64,000 bases of DNA, taken from assembly GCF_009914755.1 (NCBI RefSeq), contig NC_060927.1; one strand, written 5' to 3'. The stretch's first letter is position 1. Each line of letters starts with the position of its first letter. Source of the stretch: the human T2T-CHM13v2.0 reference genome, Homo sapiens. The position numbers and the translations under genes were made by a program. Below the pieces are notes generated by a model, which made no database searches, was not told the DNA's origin, and worked only from the letters and a program-made list of their open reading frames with translations. Positions 14,196 to 34,089 of this stretch are shown here, piece by piece.

Positions 14196-14962
14196 TAAAT
14201 TCAACAACACATTCTGTAGTGCCTAGTTTGTGCTTTCTTATCCTATTGGAAACCCCATCCCACCCACATCTGATGGAGCCTCCAAAATACAAGCAGACAG
14301 GAGAGAAGAGTTGGGGTAATGGGGGGCTGAATCATCAAGATTTCAATTTAGTATCAAGTTGCTTAGGGGGAAATCCATATGCAGCTCCCAAGTCCTTCTG
14401 AAAGCCAGGTGGGGGCAGCTGGCACAGAAAAATGGGGTCTGTAGTTCCCCTGCCTGCCATCAGGGACCTGAAAATCCTAGGGGAGTTTTTAATTCCCAGT
14501 GGCACTCTTGCTGGTCCTCTTGTTCATTAACATCTGTGTCCCTCCAATTTGGGCTCTGGCTTGAACTCTATGAACTGCTCAAAGAGGCTCTTGCTACCTC
14601 TTTGTTCAAACAGACAATGGCTGCAATAACAAAGAGGAAAATCAGATGCAGGTGAAAGTTTATTTTTAACATTTCCGAGGCCAAATGAGGATTTAACATG
14701 AAAATCAGAGCCCTCACTTCCGCCTGCTCTCTCCAAAAGTGGCTGGGGTGCTTTTGGCTGGCCCAGACTCCAACACTCTTGGATCCCTTCCAAATGAGTA
14801 CACCACTGATGAGGTAGACAGTTTAGTCTTTCTGAGCCTTCTTTTGGCAAGAAATAGACATTTTGTTTGGAGATGAGGTTAAACTTGAACCCGTACATTG
14901 TGATTAGCTTAGGAAGCCAGGCTGCCCTGGCCACCCCAAATATGTGAGGTTGTCTTTACATG

Positions 14963-15293
<331 letters not shown>

Positions 15294-16034
15294 TGAAGCC
15301 TGAACAAATGTGTAATAAAGTGAAAATTCTTTGAAACCATGAGTCTGAAAGCTCCCTTGGGGATGAGCTCCTAGCTTGCCTCTCTTGTGTGGCTCGTCTG
15401 AAGCTTGCAGATGGCAGAGGCCTGTGAGGTTCCTGTGAGAAACAGCAAGAATTACCAGGAGCTGGTGTGCCTGGAGCATCTGCATTGTGCAAGGTACTTA
15501 ACCCCTTTATCCAGTCATCATAACCATCTCCTGAGGTCAGAATCATTATCAGCAGTGTTTGAGGGAACCAGCCCAGAAAGGTGCGGAGTCAGCCCATTCC
15601 TTGCAGAGCATACCTAAGATTATTCGACTCCAAGGCCAATTTTCTTTCCATTGTACCATAGTGTGAATGAGCATTAGTTTTCTGTTCCCTGATTTCCCAC
15701 CTACCAGCAGGAAGCAGAAAAGTGCAGAAATGGTCTTGTGCTTTTGTCCTCCTGAGAACCCAGCAGTGGTAGCTTTCCTGTAGAAACTCAGAAAGGAGAA
15801 GTTATGGGTTCATGATAGCCATGATTATAATAAAATGGTTCCAGAAAACTGAACAAACCAACAACAACAGCAACAAAACCCGAAATGGCTTGCTCTTCTT
15901 CTTATGCTTCACTTTAAGCTAAATCGGCTTTCTGATATAAAATGGCCTTCCTTTCTGTTTCAATTCTTCCATTGGCAAGTCTTGGGCAAAGGGTGGATTG
16001 ACGAAGAAAGGAAAAGGGGAGCAAGTGGTCCTAA

Positions 16035-16580
<546 letters not shown>

Positions 16581-17269
16581 TAACTTCTATAAAGCTCAAC
16601 AAGGGTAAAGTCAAGGGCAAATCTCCTCCCTCAAACCAACTTCTTTCTTTCTTCTCATCTTTAACAGGGCCACTGCCAGCATCCAGGAGCCCAGGCTTGC
16701 AGTCAACGACTCTTCCTTTCCCATTAACTCCCATAGTCTGTCATTCACAAATTCCTATTTGTCCTTTCTTCCAAATGCCTCTTGCATTTCTTACTTTTCT
16801 CTCACTCCCTCTATCTTCATCCTAGCCCAGAGCCTGCCCCTGGGCTGGTATCCCCATAGACTCTTCCTTTTCTAAACTATCATTCTACTCCATTCATCTA
16901 TTCCTTCATTCATCAGAAGAGCATCTGTGGAGCACTTAGTGCCAGACACTGCGCTAGACACTAGATGCACCCGTAACACAGACATGGTCCAGCTGGGGAG
17001 GCAGGTAATTGACAGGCAACTACAGTGTCTTGGGGTGAGTGTGATGATGGAGGAAGCCCTTAGCTGGGACCGTAATCCAGATGGAGAGACGTGTTGGGGA
17101 GGCCTACACACTCCTACTGGTTTCATTGTCCTAAACACTTTTATCCTGTTTCAACTAAAATTGACCTTCTCTTACTTTTGTTCCTTTGGGTTCAAACTTT
17201 GTAAACTGAGATTCTAAGGCCTTTCTTGTCAACCCAGGCCCATTCCCAGGACTCTCTAGCAGAAGAGGT

Positions 17270-17520
17270 AGTAGTAACAATGATAGTAATAATAGCACAT
17301 CTTCATTAAGCTTATTTATCTTAAATAACAGGCCCTCTTCTAAGTACTTTTCTTATGTTAACTCTTCACAACATTCTCTATGAAGGAGGTACAGGTACTA
17401 TGATTAGCACCACTGACAGAAGGGGAAACCGAGGCATGAGTGCTAAAAGGCAGAATCTGGGTTCAAGTCCAGGTGGTATGGCTTCCAGGCTGGCATGTGA
17501 CGATGACACCATTGTGTATC
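17270..17520 (-). mobile_element. MIR
   Basis: aactcttcacaacattctctatgaag...gaaggggaaaccgaggc. Confidence 0.65.
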
Positions 17521-18076
17521 AGTGTAACCTGGCCGTGTGGACCTCAGACTCTCTACCATACACCCTAAGTTCTCCCCAAAGACCTTTTTACTCCTGATCC
17601 CCTCTCCCCTGAGAATGCCCTTCTCTTTCTTATCAAACGCTATAGAAGGTTTTATTTACATATAAAAACAGAGCCTTCTTCCATGGAAAAGGCACTGGGT
17701 CTGGACTCAGTTCGATGTTCAAATCTTGTTTCTGGCTGCCAAATCCTTTCTTCTCCCTGACTCTCAATTCTTCCATCTCTGCAATGGGAATATTACTATT
17801 CTCCTCACACAGCCATTCTGAGTATGATGTGAAAATAATGCATGTGAGTGTGCTTGGAAAACTGCAGTCCCATACAAATTTACAGGAATCAACATCAATT
17901 TTTTCCTCTGGCTTCTCAAAATAAGAATGTTGTTATACAGTCTGAACTTCACTACAGCAAAGTTTGCTTACACATTCCACTGGGCATGGGACTATCTTTC
18001 TATACCTCAACTTCATCATCTGGGCAATGGGCATAATACCAGCTGCTTTATAGAAACATTTTGGGAATTTAATGAA

Positions 18077-18372
18077 TTTTTTTGTTTTTTGAGACAGAGT
18101 CTCACTCTGTTGCCCAGACTGGAGTGCAATGGTGCGATCTTGGCTCACTGCAGCCTCTGCCTCCTGGGTTCAAGTGATTCCCTTGCCTCAGCCTCCTGAG
18201 TAGCTGGGATTACAGATAGGAGCCACCATGCCTGACTAATTTTTGTATTTTTAGTAGACACGAGGCTTCACCATGTTAGCCAGGCTGGTCTCAAACTCCT
18301 GGCCTCAAGAGATCCGACCGCCTCAGCTTCCCAAGTACTGGGATTACAGGCGTAAGCCACCGCGCCCCGCCA
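18077..18372 (-). mobile_element. AluS
   Basis: Poly-T plus both arms. Confidence 0.95.
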
Positions 18373-19149
18373 ACAATAGTGTTTTAAAAGAATTAGATGC
18401 ATAATAGACATTGAAGAATGTGTGTTGCCTGTCTTCCCCAAACCTTGGTTTTTCTCTAGCTGCTGGGGATGAATCAGTTTTGGTTCTCATTAGAAGGAGC
18501 CAGTCCAGAATCATGCCTTCTCTCTTCTTCTATTCTGTTAATAAATGAATGACACCTGTATTCTTGGAGCTTCTGATTTAATTCAGCATCAACACTGAAA
18601 TATTTGTTTACCAAAGAAAAATACTTTCCATGCTCCTCTGACTGTGTCATCCACATGAGCCACCACCAGCAGCCCAAAGCCAGTTCCGAAGCAGCAGAAC
18701 ATTTTTCGAGCAAAACAGCACTCTGTGACCCTCGGAGTGCTTGTTCAGCTGAAATTACTTGTGTCTGGCACAGACCTTCTCTTTTGATTTTGGCAGGATT
18801 TCAGGGAGTGAAAAAGCTAGGTTAGTGTTAGGGCTGGGATTAGAATTTGGTACTCAACAGATCATACTGTTAACACTTCTCCTCTTTGCTAACTTTATGA
18901 AGTTCAAGAAAAGCTTTCTGGGGAATGGCACCAATTTATTTGCCAAAAGCTGAGATGGGCCAAGGAAGATGTAGTCAGCATTTGGAATCTCCTTGCCTTA
19001 GGGTTTAACAGCCAAGGAGGGAAGAAGGATGTGCTGGGGAGCGGGGGAATAGGGGCCATGTGGGTAGTGCTGGAAGGATTCGGGATGCCGAACAGGCTTG
19101 GCTCCTTGCGGTTCCACCCCCACAACATCTCTCAAGCCATGCGCCGTCC

Positions 19150-19750
19150 TCTCCTCTAGCACAGCACTCTGTCCTAATCCTTATCATTCTCACCAACTAT
19201 AGCAATACTCTCTGATACGCCTTCTTGCCCCTCTTGTCTGTCCTGAGCACTGCTGCCAGTTTTTATTCTTATGCTTAGAAGCATTCAAGCCTCCCCAGTG
19301 CTTGTCAAATAAGAGCCTCATCTTTAACACAATGCTCAAGGCTCCCCACAAGCAGGTCCCAAGCTCCACTTCTGCCCCCGTTTCTTCCTTCACCTTCCAC
19401 GAAGACTCTGGCACCTACGAGCTAGACATGTGCCATCCCCCAGACGTGCCATGTCCATGCCAGCCTGTGAGCCTTTGCACGGACTGGTCCCTCAGCCTAG
19501 ATTGTCCTCCCCTAGTTCCCATCTTTGCCTAGTAGATTCCTCCTCATCCTCGAGGACCCAGGTCAAATATCGCTTCTTCTGTGAGGCTTCTCTTAACTCT
19601 TCCAAGCAAAGCTGATGCCTCAAGCTCATCCATGGGACTTGTGTACTGCACTCTTTTGTGTCTGCCACGAGGGGACCTTGGGGACAGAACAATGCCTTAT
19701 TTATAATTATGTGTCTTCTACACCACATCGAGTGCCTTGTTCAGTGTCTG
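19150..19750 (+). mobile_element. L2 LINE fragment
   Basis: tcctcctcatcctcgaggacccaggtcaaatatcgcttcttctgtgaggcttctct is typical of the L2 3' region. Confidence 0.6.
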
Positions 19751-19843
19751 TTACTTTATTTGAATTTTTGAAAGCAGATGGGACAATCTCCCTTGATACC
19801 AGGGAGAAACCACAGCAGTAAACTCAGTCTTTGGCTGTGTTAG

Positions 19844-20426
<583 letters not shown>

Positions 20427-20639
20427 TAATCTCCAGAATAATGCAGTGCACTGGGTAATGGGTACTGGGTAAACATCTCCTTGTTGGCCACAGGTAACTG
20501 CTCCCTGCAAATGTCATCTCTGAGAAGATGTCCCAAGTGGCAAGGATTTTTGGCTCAATTAAGCTCCCAAGAGTTATCCCCATTATGTTAAGTTCTGGAG
20601 AGATATGCATAATTGTGACTCTGTCCCTGCCATGGAGGT

Positions 20640-21170
20640 CCTTACGGCTTAGTGAGGAAGATACACACACACACAGACACACACAAGGCATGAAGCTTGA
20701 TGGGGTTCTCAGCTAAGCCTGGGAGCAACAGGGTAGGTTTCTTGGAGGAGGTGAAAACTGAACTGAATATTAAAGTTGTACAGGAGTTACGATGGACAAA
20801 GGCAGTGAGTATAACCAATATAGCCTCAAGCTACCATTAGCATTCAGAACTGAAAGATTATGGTGGTATAGGGAAGGGGATCAGTTGAAGAAAGATAGAG
20901 ATATTGATAGAGAAGATGATATATGAGCTGGGCTTTGAAAGATGAGAGGGTTTTGGATAAATAGAGATAGGAATAGGATACAGGTTGAAAGACAATCTGG
21001 GCAAAGGAACAGTGTAAACAAAGGCATAGAGGAGGGATGTAGCTTGCTTTAAATGATCAGCTCCAAAAAGGTTATCACTGGAATATTATTTGAGAGATGA
21101 ATCATGATGAGAGATGGGGCTGGAGAGAGGAAGGGTCTAGGTTATGAAGGGTCTAAATGTCTCCAGAGTA
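20640..21170 (-). mobile_element. L2 fragments
   Basis: ggtttcttggaggaggtgaaaactgaactgaat; tatgagctgggctttgaaagatgag. Confidence 0.55.
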
Positions 21171-22329
21171 ACTTAGGGTGATGTGATTAGCATACTTTTT
21201 AGCTAGATTCTGATGATCTCCTATTAACAGCGGCATCTGCAGAACTGGGAGACAGAGGGCCTCAGGAATTGGTCAGCTCTAATATTAACCAGCAAGACTG
21301 CTGTAGGTTAATCACTTCTTCTTTCGTCATCTCTGTTCTTACATTGATATCATTAAGCTGACTCACCTCTTGGTAGCGGAGTCAAAATTAAAGCAACTCA
21401 GGGCTCTGCAATGCTGCAATGCTGTCCAAGGACAAAGCATGAACCTCTCTCTCAAAAAACAATCAGTTAAACATCTCTCCCCTGAAAGAACAGCCCCAGC
21501 ACTCCCTTCCAGGCTAGTTTGTTCTTAGAAAGTAAATTTCCCTATGTCAAGCATTTCTGATGGGTCAGAGACATGTTGGGAATCGAGAGGGCCCCTAGCC
21601 TCCTAAAATTGGGCTACAGGAGTCTTAGGCCAGAGCCCAAAGGGGAGGGATGTGATATTGTCCATTGGTCTTGGAGGGAACTCAAGTTGTTCCAGGAATT
21701 CTCTCTCTGCTCTAAGCCCCAGGCTCTGCCAGAAATGAAGATCTATTGGAGTGTGGGAATCCTGACAGAGTCTGGCAAACAAGGTGCATGGCAGTCGTGG
21801 GGTCCTTGACTTTGGGTTTAATATTGAGCTCCTATGCAAAACATATAAGAAAGGCCTTCTGCTCAGCTGCAAAATAAATAGCTCTTGTGAGAACTGCTGC
21901 ATTTCAAGGCCTATTTTCGGTGAGTGTGGGAATTTAGATGGGTGAACCTGGTCTCTATAGGTCCAACTGGAATCTTCAAGTGTAACACTCATTGATAACC
22001 CACACTGAACTTCCTTCATTACGAAAAACTATATGCATCTCTGATGATGACACAGAGGAAGGGTCCTGGCCTTGCATCGGTAACTGCCCAGGGAAGGGAC
22101 AAAGGTTCTCCTAGCTACCCCAGCTCTGGGGCCTGATGAGCCTGCCTCAAGCTCATCCAAGAAATTCTGCTTCAGTACCTACTATGTGCTGAGCACCAAT
22201 ACGACTGTGGAGAAATGCAACTGCAGACAAGATCTAGTCTCTGCTTTCAAAAAGCATGCTATCTAATTGCCACAAGAGAGATGGGGAAAAGGACTTCTCA
22301 GTTGTAACTCCTGTCTTTGTACATGCTGA

Positions 22330-22800
22330 AAATTCTGCCTCCATATGACTTAAGCAAAGAAAGAGGCATCAGAAGGCACAACAGGGGCTAGGGGCTCAGG
22401 ACCTAGGTCTTCTCTTTCTGGGTTGCTGCCGTTCTCAGACAGGATTTACCCTTGTGGTTGCAAGGTGATTCCTAGCAGCTACTGCGCTACCTCTCTGGCT
22501 CGTATCTAATGGGAAATAGAGAATTTTTGACTGGCTCTGATTGGTCTGGCAGAATAGCTTTCCCAGTTTCTTTCCTGGGATTATTGGCAAAAGCTTAATA
22601 ATGCATCACTAGCTGTAACCAGGCCATATGCTCATTTCTCAACCAAACATTGCAGTGGTTGGGGAGAGAAGATGATGTGCTGATGAGCTTAGGTCTAGGT
22701 TACATGCTCCATCTTTGAACCAAGGATAGGACCCCAGCTGAAGCCATGGGCTGAAGATTGGGAAGGAGAATAGGGTTGTGGTTAACTAAAGGGTGAATGG
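22330..22800. mobile_element. Old MaLR LTR (MLT1K/J-like)
   Basis: ctggctctgattggtc and ggttacatgctccatct motifs. Confidence 0.45.
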
Positions 22801-23411
22801 AAACTGGTGGCAAAAAATGAGATACTCCAAGGTATACTATGATATTGGGACTCTGATGACAATGAACAGCAACCCAAAGCAAGTGGAGAGACAGAGAGAA
22901 TAAAAGGAAAGATACTAGAGGAGTCATAGGATCAAGTGAAGAGGTGAACGACAGATTTTCCAGGACAGTCTCTGGATTCTATGGAGATCTTTGTGAATGA
23001 TTCTGTAACACAGCTTGGGGCTGTGTTGGTTATACTCACTGTCTTTGCCTGTCTAACTCTCACATGTCCGTTAATGTTCTACCCCACTGATTAGACTAAA
23101 CCAATCATAATGTCCAAATATAAGGGCAGAGTGATGGGAAAAAACCCAGGTCTTTGGTGACGTCCTTCAGTGGCTGTATTAGACAGCCCTGGAGCCCAGC
23201 TTATCTCAGGTTGTGTGAGGCATTTAATTTTCTTAGAATTTTATTTTCATTTTATTCATGGTTTGAGTTCAATATCTGCTACTTTCATCTCAAAGAATCC
23301 AAATTGGTACAGGCTCAAACAAACACCTTTGGGCTCTGTATTTTATCTGAGTTTCTTTCTACCTGCTGGCTTCATTCCACTACAGAAAGGCTCTTAAGTG
23401 GCCAGCTCCAT

Positions 23412-23760
<349 letters not shown>

Positions 23761-23924
23761 TGATTGGTCTGGGAGCTTTGGACCTTTGGACCAACTGTGT
23801 GCCCAGGGGCATGATATATTTGGAATGGTACATTTTAGCTTAATTATCTCTACTCTTGGACTAATTGACCATGGACAAGGGTTAAAGGAGGAAGATAATA
23901 GACATTAGTCCTGGGGTGAGTATC

Positions 23925-24095
23925 CTACTGCATAGTATGCTCCCCAGACTAGCAATGTCTGCATCACTAGGGAAATTGTTAGAAATGCAAATTATTGGAC
24001 CCTACCCTGGATCTCCTGAATCCGAGACTCTGGAGGTGAGGCCCAGCAAACACCTCCATGTGTTTCAATGCACACTGAAGTTTGAGAACCATTGC
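23925..24095. mobile_element. MER5A hAT MITE
   Basis: ttgttagaaatgcaaattattgg...gaagtttgagaaccattg. Confidence 0.7.
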
Positions 24096-24549
24096 ATCAT
24101 CATCATACAACAACTAAAACCAAATACCACGGTGGTTCAAAGAAGCAATAATGTCTGGTCAGAAGATGAGGAAAGTCTTAAAAAAAGAGGAAGTCTTTGA
24201 GACAGGTTTTCAAGATTGGGTAGATGACCTGAAACAAATATTATTTCACAAACAATATTGTAATTGCAATGAAGAATTTTCAAAAATCCTTCATGCAGAC
24301 AAATCAACTGTTTCCTTTTACCTGTGGTCTTTTTCATTCTTGGTCAAATATATATATTTATTTGTAACTAACACAGATAACATTTTCTATCTTACTTCTT
24401 TTACTTAATATTTTTCTGCATAATACTCCATGGTTTCCATTACGTATGCATTTTAACTATTTATAATAAATTTGAGGAAACTAATTAAAGAAGATTTTAG
24501 AAGTTATCTGTGGACCCACCACCCTAGCCCAATAATTATTATCATTTCC

Positions 24550-25075
24550 TTCTTGTCTTTTTCTTATGGAGATTATTTGTATAATTAGGATAATAGCAGA
24601 CATGTATTATACATATATACTTAACATTATAGTACAAGCAATCCTCTTCATTACTGAATAGTTTTCATGGCCATAAATTTCATTGTGTATAAGAAGTCAG
24701 CAAATAAACATCATGATTTATTTCAACAATCTCTTATTATTAATCATTTTGGTTGTTTCCAGTTTCGGCTGTGATAAACATCTTTGTGTATGAAGTGTTT
24801 TCTCCCACATTTTGAGTGATTTCTGTAGAATAGATTTCCAGAAGAGGAATTACAGGGTCACAAGATACACACTTTTTTATAATTCTTGATACATTCTGCC
24901 AGATTTCCTCCAAAAAGTTTGTACCAATTTACATCGCCACCAGCAATGTGTGAGAGTGCCAGGTTTCCCACACCCTTGGCAGTTTTGGGTCTTTTAATAA
25001 AAAAAAAATTTTTGGCCAATTTAACAGGAGAAGAACTTTCTTATAATTTGCATTTTTATTACTTTACCTAATATT
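24550..25075 (-). mobile_element. Old L1M fragment
   Basis: ttggttgtttccagttt...gtaccaatttacatcgccaccagcaatgtgtgagagtgcc. Confidence 0.65.
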
Positions 25076-25204
25076 ACTTAATAAATTTTTTCCCCGCATT
25101 TCTTCAAAGTTCTTAATAAACCCTTTTATGATTGCCAAGCCTTTTTATGGTTGAGATTTGATGAGTGAACATTAAAGCAAGGGCAGTCCAGTAAGAGATC
25201 ACCG

Positions 25205-26310
<1,106 letters not shown>

Positions 26311-26593
26311 TTTTGTGAGTAGTGCATTCGGAAGGTTGTGTATTTCTGTTTTCCCATGAACCATACGGTGACCGTACCCCACACCTTTGGGGACTACAAC
26401 CACATTTTCAAAATGGCCGTCTAGGGCTGGGGTTAAATGATGGGAAACATTACCCGGTTATATGAATGGCGGTACTAAACTTCCCTGTATCTAGACCAAC
26501 CATCTGGGTGGTGCTTTGGTAGCTGGTTAGTCTGTGAAATGCTTGTTACTGGTACAAGATGGGGTGAATACAGGAATAGGAAGCAGGCATTTA

Positions 26594-27029
<436 letters not shown>

Positions 27030-27450
27030 TTAAAAAATTTTCTAATATTTAATTTTGTGGGTACATAGCAGGTATATATATTTATGGGGTATGTGAGATA
27101 TTTTGATATAAGTGTACAATACATAATAATCACATCATGGAAAATGGGGTATTAATCCGCTCAAATATTTATCCTTGTATTACAAACAATCCAATTATGC
27201 TCTTCTAGTTATTTAAAAATGTACAATTAAATGAGTATTGATTATAGTCACCCTGATGTGCTATGAAATACTAGGTCTTATTCATTCTTTCTATTATTTG
27301 GTGCCCATTAACCATCCACCCCAACCCCCACTACCATTCCCAGCCTCTGGCAACCTTTGTTCTATTCTCTATCTCCATGAGTTCAATCGTTTTGATTTTT
27401 AGATCCCACACATTTGTGAGAACATGCCATGTTTGTCTTTCTGTACCTGT
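27030..27450 (-). mobile_element. L1MA-like 3' end
   Basis: gtgggtacatagcaggtatatatatttatggggt...gtgagaacatgccatgtttgtctttctgt; gtctaataattt occurs at both flanks. Confidence 0.8.
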
Positions 27451-28366
27451 GTCTAATAATTTGATTCTAGTGCATTTTATCAAAGTATTGGTATACAATG
27501 CAATGAATTGGAAATTTTAACATAAAACTCTTTGACCACAGAAGTTTGACTTGAATTCTCTTGAAAAAGTTCAGTCTGGAATATCTTCCCATAAGTTTAT
27601 AAATGCACTTTCTGGAGTAAAAAGATGTTTGAATCCCCAGCTGAGAGTGTGTGCTTCAAAAATGGAAGAGAATCATAAAAAGAAATCACAACTTTAATTT
27701 ATATCTTAACGGTTCATGATTTTCATGGAGTAACTGGTTAAAATAGAAATTTCTGGCTTCTGACCACCAAGTCCAGATGTAATAGTGTGTACTTGATATA
27801 CTGAACAGGACGATAACTTGGAACACTTAAGAGGGGGAATTGGTTTCAAGCACTTCCTCATTTTCTTGGTCCGTAAAATGAAGAGGTGAGACAAAAAAAA
27901 AAAACTTTCAATGTTCCTTTCAGATCAGTATAAAACTGCGTACTTTTATAATTCTATAATTGACTATTAAGTTTAAACTTTTCTAATAAAGATATCTGCT
28001 GGTATATGACAAGGAATAACAACAGGTCTTCGAAAAAAGTAGATGGATAGTAACTATTATTAGTCATTGTTATTATTTTTTACTTTCTACAAATGCAACA
28101 AATTTTTAGTGGATGGAATTGCCAAATACTGAGTTATTTATCAGAGACTACGTTTCTTTACCGTTAACTAACTGTGTGACTGAGGATAGGTAGCTTCACT
28201 TGTTTGTGCCCTCTTCTTTGGACGAGGGGATTAAATTCTGTTGCCAGCATCCCTAAAATGTCAAGCGGTGCTGGGGAGAAGGATGGAGGGCCAAGCGGGT
28301 TGGGTACTTCTTGGGAGTTACCCCATCCTCAGCCAAAAGAGCTTCTTTTTTGTGTTTAGAGATGGG

Positions 28367-28749
28367 TGATATGGTGTGGCTCTGTGTCCCCACCCAAATC
28401 TCATCTCAAATTGTAATCTCCATGTGTTGAGGGAGGAACCTGTAATCCCCATGTGTTGAAGGAGGAAGGTGATTGGATCATGGGGGTGGTTTCTCCCATG
28501 CTGTTCTCGTGATAGTGAGTGAGTTCTCACGAGATCTGATGGTTTAATAAATGTGCAAGTTCCTCCTTCATTCTCTCTCCTGCCGCCATGTGAAAAAGGT
28601 CTTTGCTTGCCCGTCACTTTCTGCCATGATTGTAAGTTTCCTGAGGTCTCCCCAGCTATGTGGAACTGTGAGTCAATTAAACCTCTTTCCTTTATAAATT
28701 ACCCTGTCTCAGGTATTTCTTTACAGCAGTGTGAAAGTGGACTAATACA
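28367..28749 (+). mobile_element. THE1D/MST-type MaLR solo LTR
   Basis: tgatatggtgtggctctgtgtccccacccaaatctc...ggactaataca; TSD atggg/atgga; internal ~29-bp tandem duplication. Confidence 0.9.
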
Positions 28750-29075
28750 ATGGACCTTTGAGTAACATTTTATTGGAAGAAATACTCGACTCCCATAAAA
28801 AGGCTGGGAAAACTGTTAGGCCATATGATTGCCAATGTCCCTGCTAGCCTTATGCCTGCCTATTGGCATTGTACCATTTAGTGGCAGATGCCTGAATTGC
28901 AGGTATATTGTCTAGGTTTGGGGGTGGAAAACTCAAACATATAGAAGATAGGCAAACTATGTAAGTGAATGAAGAGGGCTGGATATAAGCACGACAGGGA
29001 GCTGTGGGGATGTGGTGAATTAGGAAGCACATGCCCTGTCTAAAGGGAACCTCAAAATTCAGCTCCTGCCTATTG

Positions 29076-29094
29076 TTGCCATGAGGGGGCGTGA
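29076..29094 (+). promoter_or_regulatory. Possible CTCF motif
   Basis: ttgCCATGAGGGGGCGtga; partial match to the consensus. Confidence 0.35.
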
Positions 29095-30364
29095 GCACTG
29101 CTTTAGGGGCCATGCATCCAATATGTATTCTGGGAGCTAAATGTGACTCATCTGCCCCCAAACTGGTTGACCTGAAATTCTTAGATTTTTTTCTATTTTT
29201 TTTATGCTAAGTAACTAACACACATGATAGCAGGCTGGTAGACCTAATCATCTTCCCAATTGCTTAGCATGGTATTTGGTGCATGGTAAACAGACTATGG
29301 ATGTTAGCTGTCATTATTATCATCATCATCATTATTACCTAATAATGATGTAGCAGACTTGGATCTGCTAATAATTGCAATGGAATTGTAAGATAATTAT
29401 ACAATTTTGTGCTATTCAAATTTAATTCCCTTAAAAGCCATATCATAAAACTGGAACATTTTGGAGAATTACTGACAACAGGAGAAAAGAAATAAATGAA
29501 GCCTCAGTGTGAACTTGAGTCCTAGCCAAGGTAGGTCCTCTGCTACTCTGCCAAGTGTGACCCTTCAGACTCACCGTGGCTCACAATGAAAAATGTGTGG
29601 GTGTCCAGCACTATCGCACACTTCGCGTGCTTGCTCTGTGTCTGACAGTCAGACCTACTCCAGCGATCATAAAACAACAGCCACACTGAATGTGAAGGTG
29701 TCTGAATGTTTGGCTTCTTTCTCACTCACATGATTATTGCAACTTTACAAGAAGTTAGAATATCTACAGAATAAGGTCTCTTTTCTTACTTTTTTCTAAA
29801 AATGTTTTTTCTTGTCTTAATGCCAGATAAACTTGCTTACTTATACGCAATGTAAATGCCCAGAGACTGATTTCAGATACCACTGTGAAATCCTGTCTGA
29901 GAATTGACTCTACCTTAAAAAAAGGCTGTAAAACAAAACATAAAAGGAAAATTTAAAAATGCTCTCTCAGTTCCACCAGCCTAACAAAAGCATGATCATT
30001 TCTCTGCATTCTCTCTCATACATGCTTTTACATTAAATAAACTAAATAAATCCTGACTTTATTGAACTTGTTAGAGGCTGGTTAAGGGGTGGGTGGTTAC
30101 GAAAATGAGTTTTCTTATTTTCTCATAGTTTCATAGTTCTCACAGTTTCTACTCTCTGGGGGGTAGGGAGACACTGAGAGGTAAAGGAGAATCTTAAAAT
30201 GGAATAAAGAGAGCACAGGATGACAAGTGGGGGTGTCTAGGAAGAAGGAAGCATGAAGGGGAAGGCCTGATTAATACCGACTGTGGAATTCTCCAGCCTC
30301 GAGGTTCCAAAACCCCTTTGAAACCTGTTCTCACTGTGGGTTTCTTTTTTAAAGCAGATTTTCT

Positions 30365-31030
30365 TTCCTTCTTTTCTTTTCACTTTTATTTTAGGTTCAA
30401 GGGTACATGTGCAGGCGTGTTATGTAGGTAAATTTATGTCACGGGGGTTTGTTGTACAGATTATTTCACCACCCAGGAACTAAGTTTAGCACCCGATAGT
30501 TCTCTCCCTCCTCCCAACCTTCACCCTTGAGGAGGCTCTAGTGTCTGTTGTTCCCCTCTATGTGTCCATGTGTTCTCTCTATTTAGCTCCCACTTATAAG
30601 TGATAACATACGGTATTTGGTTTTCTGTTCCTGCGTTAGTTTGCTAAGGATAATGGCCTCCAGCTCCATACATGTAAGGACGTGATCTCATGCTTTTTAT
30701 GGCTGCATAGTATTCCATGGTGTATAGGTACCACATTTTCTTTGCCTAATCTGTCACTGATGGGCATTTAGGCTGATTCCATGTCTTTGCTATTGTGAAT
30801 AGTGCTGCGAACATTCATGTGCGTGTGTCTTTATGGCCGAATAATTTATATTCCTTTGGGTATATACCCAATAATGAGATTGCTGGGTCGAATAGTAGTT
30901 CTGTTTTTAGCTCTTTGAAGAATTGTCACACTGCTTTCCACAATGGTTGAACTAATTTACACTCCTATCAACAGTATATAAGTGTTCCCTTTTCTTCACA
31001 ATCTTGCCAGCCTCTGTTATTTTCTTTTAA
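30365..31030 (-). mobile_element. Older L1PA (PA13-16-like) 3' fragment
   Basis: ggtacatgtgcagg...tgtcacgggggtttgttgtacagattatttcaccacccagg; ORF2 3' end. Confidence 0.85.
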
Positions 31031-31050
31031 ATAATTTGCTAAGGGCTTCT

Positions 31051-32950
<1,900 letters not shown>

Positions 32951-33442
32951 TTATATGCATATACATTTCTGTGTTCCTTTGATGAAATGTTATATTAAGA
33001 AGTAGACCATTTATTGTGTTGCTACAGAGAGCCCTCATAATTATTTTTCATAATCTACTGAAATGTTTTCCTTGTATTAGGTATGTATGTTAGATCCAGT
33101 TTATCGCAAATATAAATAACACTGTGACCAATATCTTTATACATACAATTTGTTTTCTTCACTACAGTTATTTCTTTAGGATAAATTCTGTGAATTTGGG
33201 AATGTTGAGTTTAAAGAGATTATTATTGTGACTCGTGTCATATTGACCAATTGTCTTCCTACAGGTTGTACAAATTTATATTGCTACCAGATTAAGTGGA
33301 GTTTCAGTTTTCCTGCAGACTTCTGAGAACTGGATTTTATAGATTTTTGTTTTCATTGTTTTAATTTTTGTTTTAACCTTGGAAGGTTAATAGGGTAGAA
33401 GATCTTTAAAAACTGCTTGTGGGTTATTATTATTATTACTAG

Positions 33443-34089
<647 letters not shown>

